The position numbers and the translations under genes were made by a program. DNA of 64,000 nt. It comes from Clostridiales bacterium. GTDB taxonomy: Bacteria; Bacillota; Clostridia; DUOD01. Under the pieces are notes generated by a model. That model was not told where the DNA came from and searched no databases. It worked only from the letters and a program-made list of their open reading frames with translations. How positions within the stretch are numbered: the stretch's first letter is position 1; each line of letters opens with the position of its first letter. The stretch is taken from assembly GCA_012838995.1 (NCBI GenBank), contig DUOD01000003.1, positions 10,602 through 74,601 on the forward strand, read 5' to 3'. Below, piece after piece: positions 29,274 through 39,595 of the stretch.

Positions 29274-30605
29274 GTGGATTTCAAGTTATTAACATTTAAA
29301 GGGGGAATCTATCCACCCCATAACAAATCGGCTACCGAAAAAAAGCCAATAAAGGACGCGAAAGAAGGCAAACAAGTTATTATCCCTATGCAGCAACATG
29401 CAGGGGCACCCTGTAAGCCTTTGGTTTCCAAGGGTGATTATGTAAAAGTAGGTCAAAGGATAGGTGAACCCGATGGATTTGTGAGCGCCCCCGTTCATTC
29501 CAGCGTATCGGGTACTGTGACATCGGTTGGGCCCATGCTCCATCCTGCGGGTCAAAGGGTGATGTCGGTTGTAATTGAGCCCGATGGGTTAAACGCAATT
29601 GATGAGGGCATAGCACCAAAGGGTGACATTGACACCTTAAGTCCGAATGATATTAAATCCATTATCCAAGAATCCGGCATTGTGGGACTGGGCGGCGGGG
29701 TTTTTCCTACCCATGTAAAGTTATCGCCTCCGGAAGGGAAAAAGATAGATGCCATAATATTAAACGGTGCGGAATGCGAGCCTTATCTGACCGCCGATCA
29801 TAGGTTGATGCTGGAACGCCCGGAAGACGTTGTCTACGGACTGCGTGCCATGTTGAGGGCTACAGGCGTGAAAAGGGGATATATCGGCATTGAAAACAAT
29901 AAAAAGGATGCCATTGAAAGAATAAGGAAATGTATAAAGGACTCTCCCAATATAGAGCTTAAAGTATTGAAAACCAAATACCCCCAGGGCGCGGAAAAAC
30001 AGCTTATTTATGCCATTACCAAGCGTGTTGTGCCTTCCGGCGGATTACCCATGGATGTCGGAGTAATTGTAAATAATGTAGGAACGGCAGCGGCAATAGC
30101 CGAAGCTATTAAAACAGGTATGCCGTTAATCCAAAGGATAGTCACTGTCGCCGGTGATGGGGTTAAAGAGCCACAAAATCTAAGGGTAAAATTGGGCACG
30201 ACTTTCAAAGACGTGATTAATCAATGTGGCGGTATGGTAGGAGATGTGGGAAAGATAATCATGGGGGGCCCCATGATGGGAATCGCCCAATACGATTTAA
30301 ACGTTCCCGTCATTAAGTGCACTTCCGGTATATTGGTGTTAAGCAGGCAAAGCGCTTCACTCCCCGAGCAGGGACCATGTATTAGATGCGGCAAATGTAT
30401 AACCGTGTGTCCCGTAAACCTCATGCCGTTATTAATCAGCCAGTATATCCTGGATGATAACTTTGAACAGGCTGAAAAACACCATGCTTTAGACTGTATT
30501 GAATGCGGTTCATGTTCATATATTTGTCCGGCAAAAAGGCCGTTGTTACAGTCCATAAGGGTTGCCAAGGGTGTGATTATGGCCAACAAGAAGAAATGTA
30601 ACTAG
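29274..30605 (+). CDS. rnfC: Rnf electron transport complex subunit C
   Basis: RnfC family with an NADH-binding SLBB-like domain and C-terminal 2x[4Fe-4S] (CIRCGKCITVCP, CIECGSCSYICP). Start is GTG with an AAGTGAGGTG RBS. Confidence 0.9.
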   Translation: MDFKLLTFKGGIYPPHNKSATEKKPIKDAKEGKQVIIPMQQHAGAPCKPLVSKGDYVKVGQRIGEPDGFVSAPVHSSVSGTVTSVGPMLHPAGQRVMSVVIEPDGLNAIDEGIAPKGDIDTLSPNDIKSIIQESGIVGLGGGVFPTHVKLSPPEGKKIDAIILNGAECEPYLTADHRLMLERPEDVVYGLRAMLRATGVKRGYIGIENNKKDAIERIRKCIKDSPNIELKVLKTKYPQGAEKQLIYAITKRVVPSGGLPMDVGVIVNNVGTAAAIAEAIKTGMPLIQRIVTVAGDGVKEPQNLRVKLGTTFKDVINQCGGMVGDVGKIIMGGPMMGIAQYDLNVPVIKCTSGILVLSRQSASLPEQGPCIRCGKCITVCPVNLMPLLISQYILDDNFEQAEKHHALDCIECGSCSYICPAKRPLLQSIRVAKGVIMANKKKCN

Positions 30606-30617
30606 GGGGTCATTGAA

Positions 30618-31550
30618 ATGAATAAACTAATAGTTTCATCATCGCCTCATATTCTTTCCAAAAATTCGATTCAACGAATAATGCTCGATGTCATCATAGC
30701 TCTAATGCCCGCTCTTGTAGCAGCAATTATATTTTTTGGACATAGGGCATTGGTTATTACTATAGTATCGGTGGCAGCTGCCGTTTTGACCGAAGCAGTG
30801 TTACAAAAGCTTTGTAAAAAACCGGTTACCGTCAATGATTTAAGTGCGGTGGTTAGCGGAATATTAATTGCATTTAATTTACCGGTGAGTGTACCCTTAT
30901 GGATGCCCGTAGTGGGTTCGGTTTTTGCCATGGCACTAGTGAAGTTCGTCTTTGGTGGTTTGGGACATAATTTCATGAACCCTGCCTTGGCTGCACGGGC
31001 CTTATTAACAGTATCCTGGCCTGCCAGGATGGCGGGTGCGGTATGGACCCAGCCGGGCAACATAGACGTTATCGGTATTGCAACACCTTTGGAGCTTTTA
31101 AAAGCAGGAGAAAATCTGCCTGGTATATATGATCTTTTCATGGGAAACGTGGCGGGTTGTCTGGGGGAAACCTCTGCCCTTGCTTTATTGATAGGCGGTA
31201 TATACCTTCTTTTAAGGGGTGTTATTAACTGGAGAACGCCGGTTACCTTTATAGGCAGTGTGGCTTTGATTAGCTGGATATTTGGCGTAAATCCATTGTA
31301 TAGCATCCTTGCCGGAGGTTTAATGCTGGGTGCCCTGTTCATGGCTACCGATTATGCCACTGCTCCGGTAACGCCCAAGGGGCAGTTAATAATGGGTGTT
31401 GGATGCGGGGTAATAACTACTTTTATCCGCTTGTTCGGAGGTTACCCCGAAGGGGTAAGTTATTCAATATTGTTTATGAATGTTATGACACCACTGATTG
31501 ATAAATTTACCATGCCTAAAAAATTTGGTGGGGTGAAGACACATGCGTGA
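30618..31550 (+). CDS. rnfD: Rnf complex subunit D (NqrB-like)
   Basis: A polytopic membrane protein of the RnfD/NqrB family, carrying the FMN-attachment region. Confidence 0.9.
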   Translation: MNKLIVSSSPHILSKNSIQRIMLDVIIALMPALVAAIIFFGHRALVITIVSVAAAVLTEAVLQKLCKKPVTVNDLSAVVSGILIAFNLPVSVPLWMPVVGSVFAMALVKFVFGGLGHNFMNPALAARALLTVSWPARMAGAVWTQPGNIDVIGIATPLELLKAGENLPGIYDLFMGNVAGCLGETSALALLIGGIYLLLRGVINWRTPVTFIGSVALISWIFGVNPLYSILAGGLMLGALFMATDYATAPVTPKGQLIMGVGCGVITTFIRLFGGYPEGVSYSILFMNVMTPLIDKFTMPKKFGGVKTHA

Positions 31551-32115
31551 CATATTAAACCTAGGAATTAGATTATTCATAATAACGGTGGTTGCTGTTT
31601 TTTGTCTGGCTATTACCAATGCATATACTAAAGAGCCCATAAGAATAACCGCGGAAAATGCAAATAATGAGGTCAGACGCATGGCATTGCCGCAGGCCCA
31701 AAATTTTGAAGTTGTGGATATACAAGGCAAAAATATCGATGGTTTCAGCAATATTCTTGAAGTATATACCGGCCTTGATCCTCAGGGCCAGGTAATAGGC
31801 TATACCGTAAAGACCATATCCAAGGGTTATGGCGGGGATGTTGAAGTTATTGTCGGAATAAAGAAAGACGGTAAGATATCCAGTGTACAAATAGGAGATC
31901 ATAGCGAAACGCCCGGGTTGGGATCCAAGGCAACCGAACCTGGGTTTATTGATCAGTTTGTAGGCAAATCAGCTTCCGAATCTCTTGCATTGTCCAAGAG
32001 TTCCGCTGCTGCCGACAACGAGATACAGGCTGTTACAGGAGCTACCGTGACATCCCAAGCGGTAATAAACGGTGTTAATACGGCCATCCAGTTTTACAAT
32101 GAAATATTAAAGTAG
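31543..32115 (+). CDS. rnfG: Rnf complex subunit G (FMN-binding)
   Basis: An N-terminal TM helix precedes an FMN_bind domain ending AVTGATVTSQAV. The gene overlaps rnfD by 8 nt. Confidence 0.85.
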   Translation: MRDILNLGIRLFIITVVAVFCLAITNAYTKEPIRITAENANNEVRRMALPQAQNFEVVDIQGKNIDGFSNILEVYTGLDPQGQVIGYTVKTISKGYGGDVEVIVGIKKDGKISSVQIGDHSETPGLGSKATEPGFIDQFVGKSASESLALSKSSAAADNEIQAVTGATVTSQAVINGVNTAIQFYNEILK

Positions 32116-32161
32116 AAATATAAATATTTGGGTTTTACAATGTATTTTGGAGGTGTAATCC

Positions 32162-32755
32162 TTGTTATTACGGACTTTAACCAACGGTATAATAAAAGAA
32201 AACCCGATTTTCAGGTTGGTGTTGGGTATGTGTCCTACCTTGGCTGTTACAACGGCAGCCATTAACGGTCTGGGTATGGGTTTTGCAACGATGTTGGTGC
32301 TCATTGGTTCCAATATTGTTATTTCATTATTAAAGAAATTTATTCCCGATAAGGTGAGGATACCGGCTTACGTAGTGGTAATAGCCTCTTTTACAACCAT
32401 AGTGGGTATGTTTTTAAAGGCCTTTGCCCCAGAACTTGACAAGTCACTGGGACTGTTTATACCATTGATAGTTGTAAATTGTTTAATATTGGCCAGGGCG
32501 GAAGCCTTTGCTTCTCAAAATTCCGTACTCCATTCTATTTTGGACGGCTTGGGTATGGGTCTGGGCTTTACATTGGCTTTAACGATCCTTGGGATTATCA
32601 GGGAGCTAATCGGTGCAGGCAGCATATTCGGTATAAATGTTATGGGTAGCGCCTACGAACCCGCTATTATAATGATTTTACCTCCAGGGGCCTTTTTAAC
32701 CCTCGGTTTGCTACTAGGGCTAATAAATAAGCTGACTGTCAAGTCGAGTTCGTAG
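32162..32755 (+). CDS. rnfE: Rnf complex subunit E
   Basis: RnfE/NqrD family 6-TM protein. Start is TTG with a GGAGGTG RBS 6 nt upstream. Confidence 0.9.
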   Translation: MLLRTLTNGIIKENPIFRLVLGMCPTLAVTTAAINGLGMGFATMLVLIGSNIVISLLKKFIPDKVRIPAYVVVIASFTTIVGMFLKAFAPELDKSLGLFIPLIVVNCLILARAEAFASQNSVLHSILDGLGMGLGFTLALTILGIIRELIGAGSIFGINVMGSAYEPAIIMILPPGAFLTLGLLLGLINKLTVKSSS

Positions 32756-32774
32756 ATGAAAGGGGCTGAGATAA

Positions 32775-33368
32775 ATGGTCGCAACTTCTGTTTCTAAGAT
32801 TTTTATAATATTGCTGAGTTCAATATTGGTCAATAATTTTGTAATGTCGAGATTTTTGGGCATCTGTCCATTTTTAGGCGTATCTAAAAAGGTAGAAACA
32901 GCGGTGGGCATGGGTGCGGCTGTTACCTTTGTAATGGCCTTAGCATCGGTTATAACATACGCGATACAATATGCAATTTTGGAACCTTTGGGGATTGGAT
33001 ATTTGCAAACAATTGCTTTTATACTTGTTATCGCCACCCTGGTACAATTTGTGGAAATGGTCATCCAAAAGAGCAGTCCCTCTTTGTATCAATCACTGGG
33101 CGTGTATCTGCCTTTGATAACCACCAATTGTGCGGTTCTTGGTGTGGCAATATTGAATATACAAGAACAGTATACCTTACTTGAAACGTTGATTAACGGA
33201 ATAGGCGCGGCATTGGGCTTTACGTTGGCAATTGTGTTATTTGCCGGCATAAGGGAAAGGTTGGAAACGGCGCCTATACCCAAATCCCTTAAGGGATTCC
33301 CCATTGCCCTTATTACTGCAGGGCTGATGTCCATTGCCTTTTTAGGATTCCAAGGATTGATAAAGTAA
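32775..33368 (+). CDS. rnfA: Rnf complex subunit A
   Basis: RnfA/NqrE family 6-TM protein, paralogous to rnfE. Confidence 0.9.
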   Translation: MVATSVSKIFIILLSSILVNNFVMSRFLGICPFLGVSKKVETAVGMGAAVTFVMALASVITYAIQYAILEPLGIGYLQTIAFILVIATLVQFVEMVIQKSSPSLYQSLGVYLPLITTNCAVLGVAILNIQEQYTLLETLINGIGAALGFTLAIVLFAGIRERLETAPIPKSLKGFPIALITAGLMSIAFLGFQGLIK

Positions 33369-33382
33369 AGGGGTGAAAAGCT

Positions 33383-34363
33383 ATGCTTGAAAATATATTA
33401 TGGCCGGTGGTCAGCCTGGGGATCATGTCTTTGGTATTCGGTGTAGGTCTGGCCTTGGCATCAAAGAAATTTGCTGTGGAAATAGATCCCAAGGTTGAAG
33501 AAGTAAGGCAAGTGCTGCCGGGGGCCAACTGCGGCGGATGCGGATTTGCCGGTTGCGACAGTTATGCGGAGGCAGTAGTTGCCGGCGAAGCTTCGGCAGC
33601 GGCATGTCCGCCGGGAGGCAGTGATGTGATGGCAAAGATAGCCGATATATTAGGTATACCATTGGATGCCCAAGAAAGAAATGTGGCCTCGGTTATGTGT
33701 GCAGGTCCTTGTACGGAGGAAAACAAAAAATACCAGTACCATGGTATAGCCGGCTGCAGAGCTGTAAGTATGTTATCAGGAGGAAACAAAGGCTGTAGCT
33801 ATGGATGTTTAGGATTGGGTACCTGTAAGAATAACTGTCCCTTTGATGCAATTTCCATATCAGGAGATGGGATAGCGGTGGTGAATGAAGATAAGTGCAC
33901 CGGATGCGGTAGATGTACTGAAGTTTGCCCCAGGGGCATTATACAACTTGTGCCGGCATCCCAAGGCGTAAGGGTACTGTGTTCCAGCAAAGACAGGGGC
34001 AAAACGGTGAAGGAATATTGTAAGGTAGGATGTATTGGCTGTCAAATATGCGTCAGAGCATGTAAGTTCGATGCCATAACATTTGAAGACAATCTCCCTA
34101 AAATCGACTATGATAAGTGCACGGGTTGCATGGTATGTGTTGAAAAATGCCCGACAAAGTCGATACATGGGGATTTATCCAAGAGGAAGACCGCTTCCAT
34201 CGACCAGGATGGGTGTATTGGATGTACCGTCTGTATAAAGGCATGTAAGTTTGATGCCATAGAAGGAGAAAGGAAGCAAAAACATAAGGTGTTGGAGGAT
34301 AAATGCGTAGGATGCGGACTGTGCGCAGTTAAATGTCCAAAGGATGCAATTACAATTCAATAG
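33383..34363 (+). CDS. rnfB: Rnf complex subunit B (polyferredoxin)
   Basis: An N-terminal TM helix is followed by multiple [4Fe-4S] CxxCxxCxxxCP motifs. Confidence 0.9.
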   Translation: MLENILWPVVSLGIMSLVFGVGLALASKKFAVEIDPKVEEVRQVLPGANCGGCGFAGCDSYAEAVVAGEASAAACPPGGSDVMAKIADILGIPLDAQERNVASVMCAGPCTEENKKYQYHGIAGCRAVSMLSGGNKGCSYGCLGLGTCKNNCPFDAISISGDGIAVVNEDKCTGCGRCTEVCPRGIIQLVPASQGVRVLCSSKDRGKTVKEYCKVGCIGCQICVRACKFDAITFEDNLPKIDYDKCTGCMVCVEKCPTKSIHGDLSKRKTASIDQDGCIGCTVCIKACKFDAIEGERKQKHKVLEDKCVGCGLCAVKCPKDAITIQ

Positions 34364-34377
34364 TCATATTAAGGTCC

Positions 34378-34409
34378 AAGGGGCGAATTTTACGCCCCTT
34401 GACTTTTTT
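34378..34409 (+). terminator. rho-independent terminator after rnf operon
   Basis: Sequence AAGGGGCG-aatttta-CGCCCCTT followed by gacTTTTTT. Confidence 0.8.
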
Positions 34410-34531
34410 GAACACATAAAAATATCCTGTTAAATAACAGTGTTTTTAATGCATCTCTGGTATATAATAAGACTATTGAACTAAAGACTGTATTATGTCT
34501 ATTAGGTATAATATAATCGGGGTGTGATGGT

Positions 34532-34699
34532 ATGTTTTATTTAATAAATAGCCTTTTACCCGATGACATAAAAAGACTGGGAAGGAAATTTATTGTATCT
34601 AAGTACAAATATGGCATAGACTCACCAAAGACCATAAGCATACTCCTTAAATTAGAAAAAAAGAAAAAAGAACAGGCCACGGCGGGTACAATAGCCTAA
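34532..34699 (+). CDS. hypothetical small basic protein (55 aa; not in supplied ORF track: below length cutoff)
   Basis: Product is MFYLINSLLPDDIKRLGRKFIVSKYKYGIDSPKTISILLKLEKKKKEQATAGTIA. A GGGGTG RBS lies 7 nt upstream, and an extended -10 (TGgTATATAAT) lies ~65 nt upstream. No homology is recognised. Confidence 0.25.
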   Translation: MFYLINSLLPDDIKRLGRKFIVSKYKYGIDSPKTISILLKLEKKKKEQATAGTIA

Positions 34700-34714
34700 A
34701 ACTATACAATTGGG

Positions 34715-35941
34715 TTATTGTTTAAAAACCATGCTATTTAGTTGGCCGGTATAGAATTTTTCAAGGACGATGGCTGCAGCACCCACAACCGGGGATTCCC
34801 TTGCAAATTTTGATATCCTTATGTCCATCTTTCTAAAGTTTTCGGCAAACATCCGTTGACTTACTTTTGCCTTTAGCCTGTCTACCAGAAGACTGCCGGC
34901 TATAGATAGTTCATTTCCTAAAAATACAGCCTGAGGGTCGAAGGTGTTAAGAATGTTGGTGAGGCCGGTGGACAGATAAAAGGATATTTTGTCTATAATG
35001 TTTAACGCCAATCCATCGCCTTGCAAAGCGCCTTTTATAATCATGGGCCACGTTACCCGGTTAATATCGGGACATATATTCCTTAATATGCTTTTGGTCT
35101 CTGCCAAGAGGGCTGTTTTAACCTGTTCAATTATCCTAGGTATGCTGACATACAGTTCAAGACAGCCGTAGTTTCCACAGGGGCACTTCTCTCCCGACAG
35201 GTCCACTGTGGTATGACCGATCTCTCCCGCAAAGCCACTTTGTCTCCTATATAATTGTCCGTTTATAATTATTCCGGCTCCCAAGCCATTGGTTACCCCT
35301 AAATAAACAAAGTTTTCTATCCTCTTGCCGTAACCTCAAAACCTTTCGGCCAGGGCACACCCGTTCATGTCATTGTCTATGAATATGGGACAAGCAAACT
35401 GTTCTTTTAAAATGGATACTATGGGTATACCCTTCCAGTTCCTAAAATTCGGAGGTTCCAGAATAACCCCTTTCTTTACGTCGATGGGTCCGATGGAACC
35501 TATACCTATACCTAATATGTTATCCGAATTAATACTTATCAAATCCTTTGTAAGTTTGATTATTCTTGACAGTACGCTATCAATGCTGTCTCCCAATTTA
35601 AATTCAAAATGCCGCCTTGCCCTAATGTTACCGAAAAGATCGGTCCTTGCGATAATAGAATAATCCCTTGAGATGTATATTCCGATAATATTATAGGCAT
35701 CCCTATTAATGGATATTAAAACCGGTTTTCTCCCTACCGAAGTATTGGGTTGATGGCCATGCTCCACTACGAGATTATGGGATAATAATTTATTTATTAT
35801 GTTTGTTATGGTGGTTTTTGTCAATCCTGTCAACCGGGATAATTGGATGCGTGATATACGGCCTTCCATATTAATAAGCCTTAAGATCAGGCTTACATTA
35901 TCCCTTTTGTTTGCATTGTAAACATTATTGTCAAAATTCAT
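34715..35941 (-). pseudogene. ROK-family transcriptional regulator (HTH + sugar-kinase fold) interrupted by an in-frame TGA
   Basis: The N-terminal part (MNFDNN...LSRLTGLTKTTITNIINKLL) ends ...NGCALAERF* at a TGA at 35336..35338. The same frame continues GYGKRIENFVYLGVTNGLGAGIIINGQ...AGEIGH..CPCGNYGCLE, which is the C-terminal half of a ROK protein. The stop sits where ROK proteins carry a conserved Trp (E.WFG.G). Confidence 0.7.
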
Positions 35942-36099
35942 AATGCTACACAACCTTGATAAAGTAAATTTACTATTATATAAAATATTAAGTCTTAATA
36001 AGAAAGATGTCGAATAACCAATTGCCAATACCGGTGTTTTATATATTGTTCTGTACATGTTACTGTGGTATCATTAAATTAGTAAATTAATTTTACAAA

Positions 36100-37056
36100 A
36101 TGCGGGGGGGATGGGTTGTGTGCCATATTGTGTGCTTAGGGGTTTTATGTGCAGATGTAATAGTAAAGCCGGTTGACAAGTTCCCCGACAAGGGAAAGCT
36201 AAACTTGGTTGATAAGCTGGAATTACACACCGGGGGTTGTGCCACCAATGCAGCCATAGACCTTGCAAAGCTTGGCATAAAGCCCGCCATAATAGGCAAG
36301 GTTGGAGATGACGGATTCGGTAATTTTTTGCGCAGCACACTGGAAAAAGAAGGAGTGGATGTTGGGGGTCTAAAACTTTCTAAAAACGATAGCACCTCGG
36401 CGTCTGTTGTGTTATCAGGCAGTGACGGAGAGCGGACCTTTCTCCATTGTCTGGGTTCAAACGCCCAATTTCAGGAGACTGACATCGACTTTTCTATTAT
36501 AAAAAATACCAAGATATTATTCGTTGCCGGTTCCCTTTTAATGCCGAAGTTCGATGGTCAGCAGACAGCAAACACTTTAAGAAAAGCCCAGGAGATGGGT
36601 GTATATACCGCTCTGGATACCGCTTGGGATTCAACCGGCAGATGGATGAGGGCTATAAAACCCTGCTTGCCCTATCTTGATTTGTTTATGCCCAGCATTG
36701 AAGAGGCAGAAATGATAAGCGGAAAAAGCGATGTCAACGACATGGCGGATGTATTTATTGACCTGGGTGCCAAATTAGTGGTTATAAAAATGGGTGAAAA
36801 GGGCTGTTTTATTAAAAAACCTGATGGCACTGCTTATACAATACCTGCCTATCTGGATGTTGAGGCCGTTGACACTACCGGCGCCGGGGATGCCTTTGCT
36901 GCGGGGTTTATAACGGGTATTCTTAAAGGTTGGGACTTGGAAAGGTGCGGTAAATTCGCCAACGCTGTGGGTGCCCATTGTGTAATGGCTGTGGGTGCAT
37001 CCAGCGGCATAAAATCTTTAGACGAGATTATGGCTTTTATTAAGGAAAGGGAATGA
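36100..37056 (+). CDS. PfkB-family carbohydrate kinase (fructokinase/ribokinase-like)
   Basis: Contains GGCATNAAIDLAKLG and the anion-hole/ATP motif DTTGAGDAFAAGF. The gene is divergent from the ROK gene. The start may be GTG 36118, which follows a G-rich RBS. Confidence 0.8.
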   Translation: MRGGWVVCHIVCLGVLCADVIVKPVDKFPDKGKLNLVDKLELHTGGCATNAAIDLAKLGIKPAIIGKVGDDGFGNFLRSTLEKEGVDVGGLKLSKNDSTSASVVLSGSDGERTFLHCLGSNAQFQETDIDFSIIKNTKILFVAGSLLMPKFDGQQTANTLRKAQEMGVYTALDTAWDSTGRWMRAIKPCLPYLDLFMPSIEEAEMISGKSDVNDMADVFIDLGAKLVVIKMGEKGCFIKKPDGTAYTIPAYLDVEAVDTTGAGDAFAAGFITGILKGWDLERCGKFANAVGAHCVMAVGASSGIKSLDEIMAFIKERE

Positions 37057-37241
37057 CGGGAAGTATTGGTTATGTCCATAAAAAAAAATTTTCATTCTAA
37101 TCTGAAACTCTAAGACCCTATACCCTGCATCGGTTCCAAGCCGGGAAGGAGGACTTGGGTTGTACCGCCTGTAGGCAGTATTTACTTTTTTCAATGAAAA
37201 AGTACACCTGAAAAACGGGTGCGGCATAATTTAACATTCTC

Positions 37242-37282
37242 GGTCGGAAAAACATATCTTTTTTTCGGCCTTTTTTATTTTT
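37242..37282 (+). terminator. terminator-like hairpin + T-tract inside the long PfkB-DUF4321 spacer (possible 3' end of an unannotated small RNA or long 3'UTR)
   Basis: Sequence GGTCGGAAAAA-acatatctt-TTTTTCGGCC (10 bp including two G.U pairs) followed by TTTTTTATTTTT. It lies 185 nt after the PfkB stop. Confidence 0.4.
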
Positions 37283-37522
37283 GTGTTCATAAATCCTTAA
37301 GTAATTTCCAAATTTTTATCCCCGAGTTTTGCAATATACTGATATTTTAATACTTGTTTTGGCTTTAAAAAGTGTTATACTTATATAAGAAAGAAACTGA
37401 ACTTTACAAAACCAAATAGCGTATAAATGTCACAGTTGGGGAAAATCAACATTTAACTTGTCACAATAAGTCTGTTTGTGTTTTTCCTAATTTGTCCATG
37501 AGCCATTAAAGGAGGAAACGCT

Positions 37523-37783
37523 GTGCGCCTAAGGGGAAGAAGCCAAAGAAATCCATGGACTCTGGTACTGTTTTTATTGGCCGGTCTGATCATCGGGGGA
37601 GTCGTGGGCGACATTTTGAGCTCTTATTTTTCTTTATTTGACTATACCTATAAATTTGGAATAATTGATCCCATTGGCTTGGATCTTAGGGTGATAACCA
37701 TCACCTTTGGTCTGATATTCAATTTAAACCTGGGAAGTGCCATTGGAGTGGTTATCGGTATAATTAGCTATATGAAATCTTAA
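37523..37783 (+). CDS. DUF4321-family small membrane protein
   Basis: 86 aa with 2 TM helices. Start is GTG with an AAAGGAGGA RBS. It is encoded immediately upstream of maf-mreBCD, as in many Clostridia. Confidence 0.6.
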   Translation: MRLRGRSQRNPWTLVLFLLAGLIIGGVVGDILSSYFSLFDYTYKFGIIDPIGLDLRVITITFGLIFNLNLGSAIGVVIGIISYMKS

Positions 37784-37793
37784 TGGAGGTTTT

Positions 37794-38399
37794 ATGAGAC
37801 TGGTTTTAGCATCTGCATCACCCAGAAGGAAGGAATTGTTGAGCATCTTGGGCGTTGAGTTCCAAGTGTTTGAATGTGATGTTGACGAGAACATTGATAT
37901 ACAATGTCCCCATGATTATGTTATGGAGTTGGCCATGCTGAAAGCCCGGACAGCTGCCAGCAAACTGCCTGAGGATGTACTCGTTATAGCAGCCGATACC
38001 ATAGTGTACAAAAACGGAATTCTAGGTAAGCCCGTGGATAGGGAGGATGCTTTTAACATGATAAAGTTTTTGCAGGGCAGCTACCATGAAGTATATACAG
38101 GAATAGCGTTATATTCCTCGGGCGGGAATATTTATAAAAAGGGATATGAAAGAACTGTTGTAAAAATGAAAGAAATGAGCCATGATGAGATAGAATGGTA
38201 TTTAAATCGCAATGAATATAAGGATAAGGCCGGTGCATACGGGATACAAGGTACCGCTTCCATATTTATTGAATATATTCAAGGATGCTACTTTAACGTG
38301 GTTGGACTACCGGTGTCCAAGTTGTATAGCATGCTTAAAGAGATAAATGCAGTTAATAGGCTTAAGATTGGACTGGGTGGTTTAAAAGATGACGGCTAG
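37794..38399 (+). CDS. maf: Maf-like nucleoside triphosphate pyrophosphatase / septum formation protein
   Basis: Begins MRLVLASASPRRKELL, then GIALY and AYGIQG motifs. Confidence 0.9.
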   Translation: MRLVLASASPRRKELLSILGVEFQVFECDVDENIDIQCPHDYVMELAMLKARTAASKLPEDVLVIAADTIVYKNGILGKPVDREDAFNMIKFLQGSYHEVYTGIALYSSGGNIYKKGYERTVVKMKEMSHDEIEWYLNRNEYKDKAGAYGIQGTASIFIEYIQGCYFNVVGLPVSKLYSMLKEINAVNRLKIGLGGLKDDG

Positions 38400-38505
38400 C
38401 TATATATAGCCGTGCATTGGACCAAATCATGGGTTATTTAAATTGTAGATAATGGAAATACTTATTAATGAAAATATTCTTTGTAATATGAGTTAGAAAA
38501 AATAA

Positions 38506-39582
<1,077 letters not shown>

Positions 39583-39595
39583 AGGAATGATGTAG

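Noticed and set aside
30671-31342. A 223-aa ORF on the - strand antisense to rnfD. Similar long antisense ORFs lie at 60365..60898 inside leuS, 42993..43565 inside PBP2 and 753..1070 inside the ABC gene.
   Set aside because: These are shadow ORFs entirely contained within well-supported conserved genes on the opposite strand. Their composition is low-complexity Ala/Pro/Thr-rich, they have no RBS, and they have no recognisable domains.
34715-36058. The alternative of two separate small ROK-related genes (189 aa and 240 aa).
   Set aside because: The two ORFs are in the same frame and are separated only by a single TGA. Together they reconstitute one colinear ROK protein, and the downstream piece lacks its own start context, because its M is an internal TTG-Leu.
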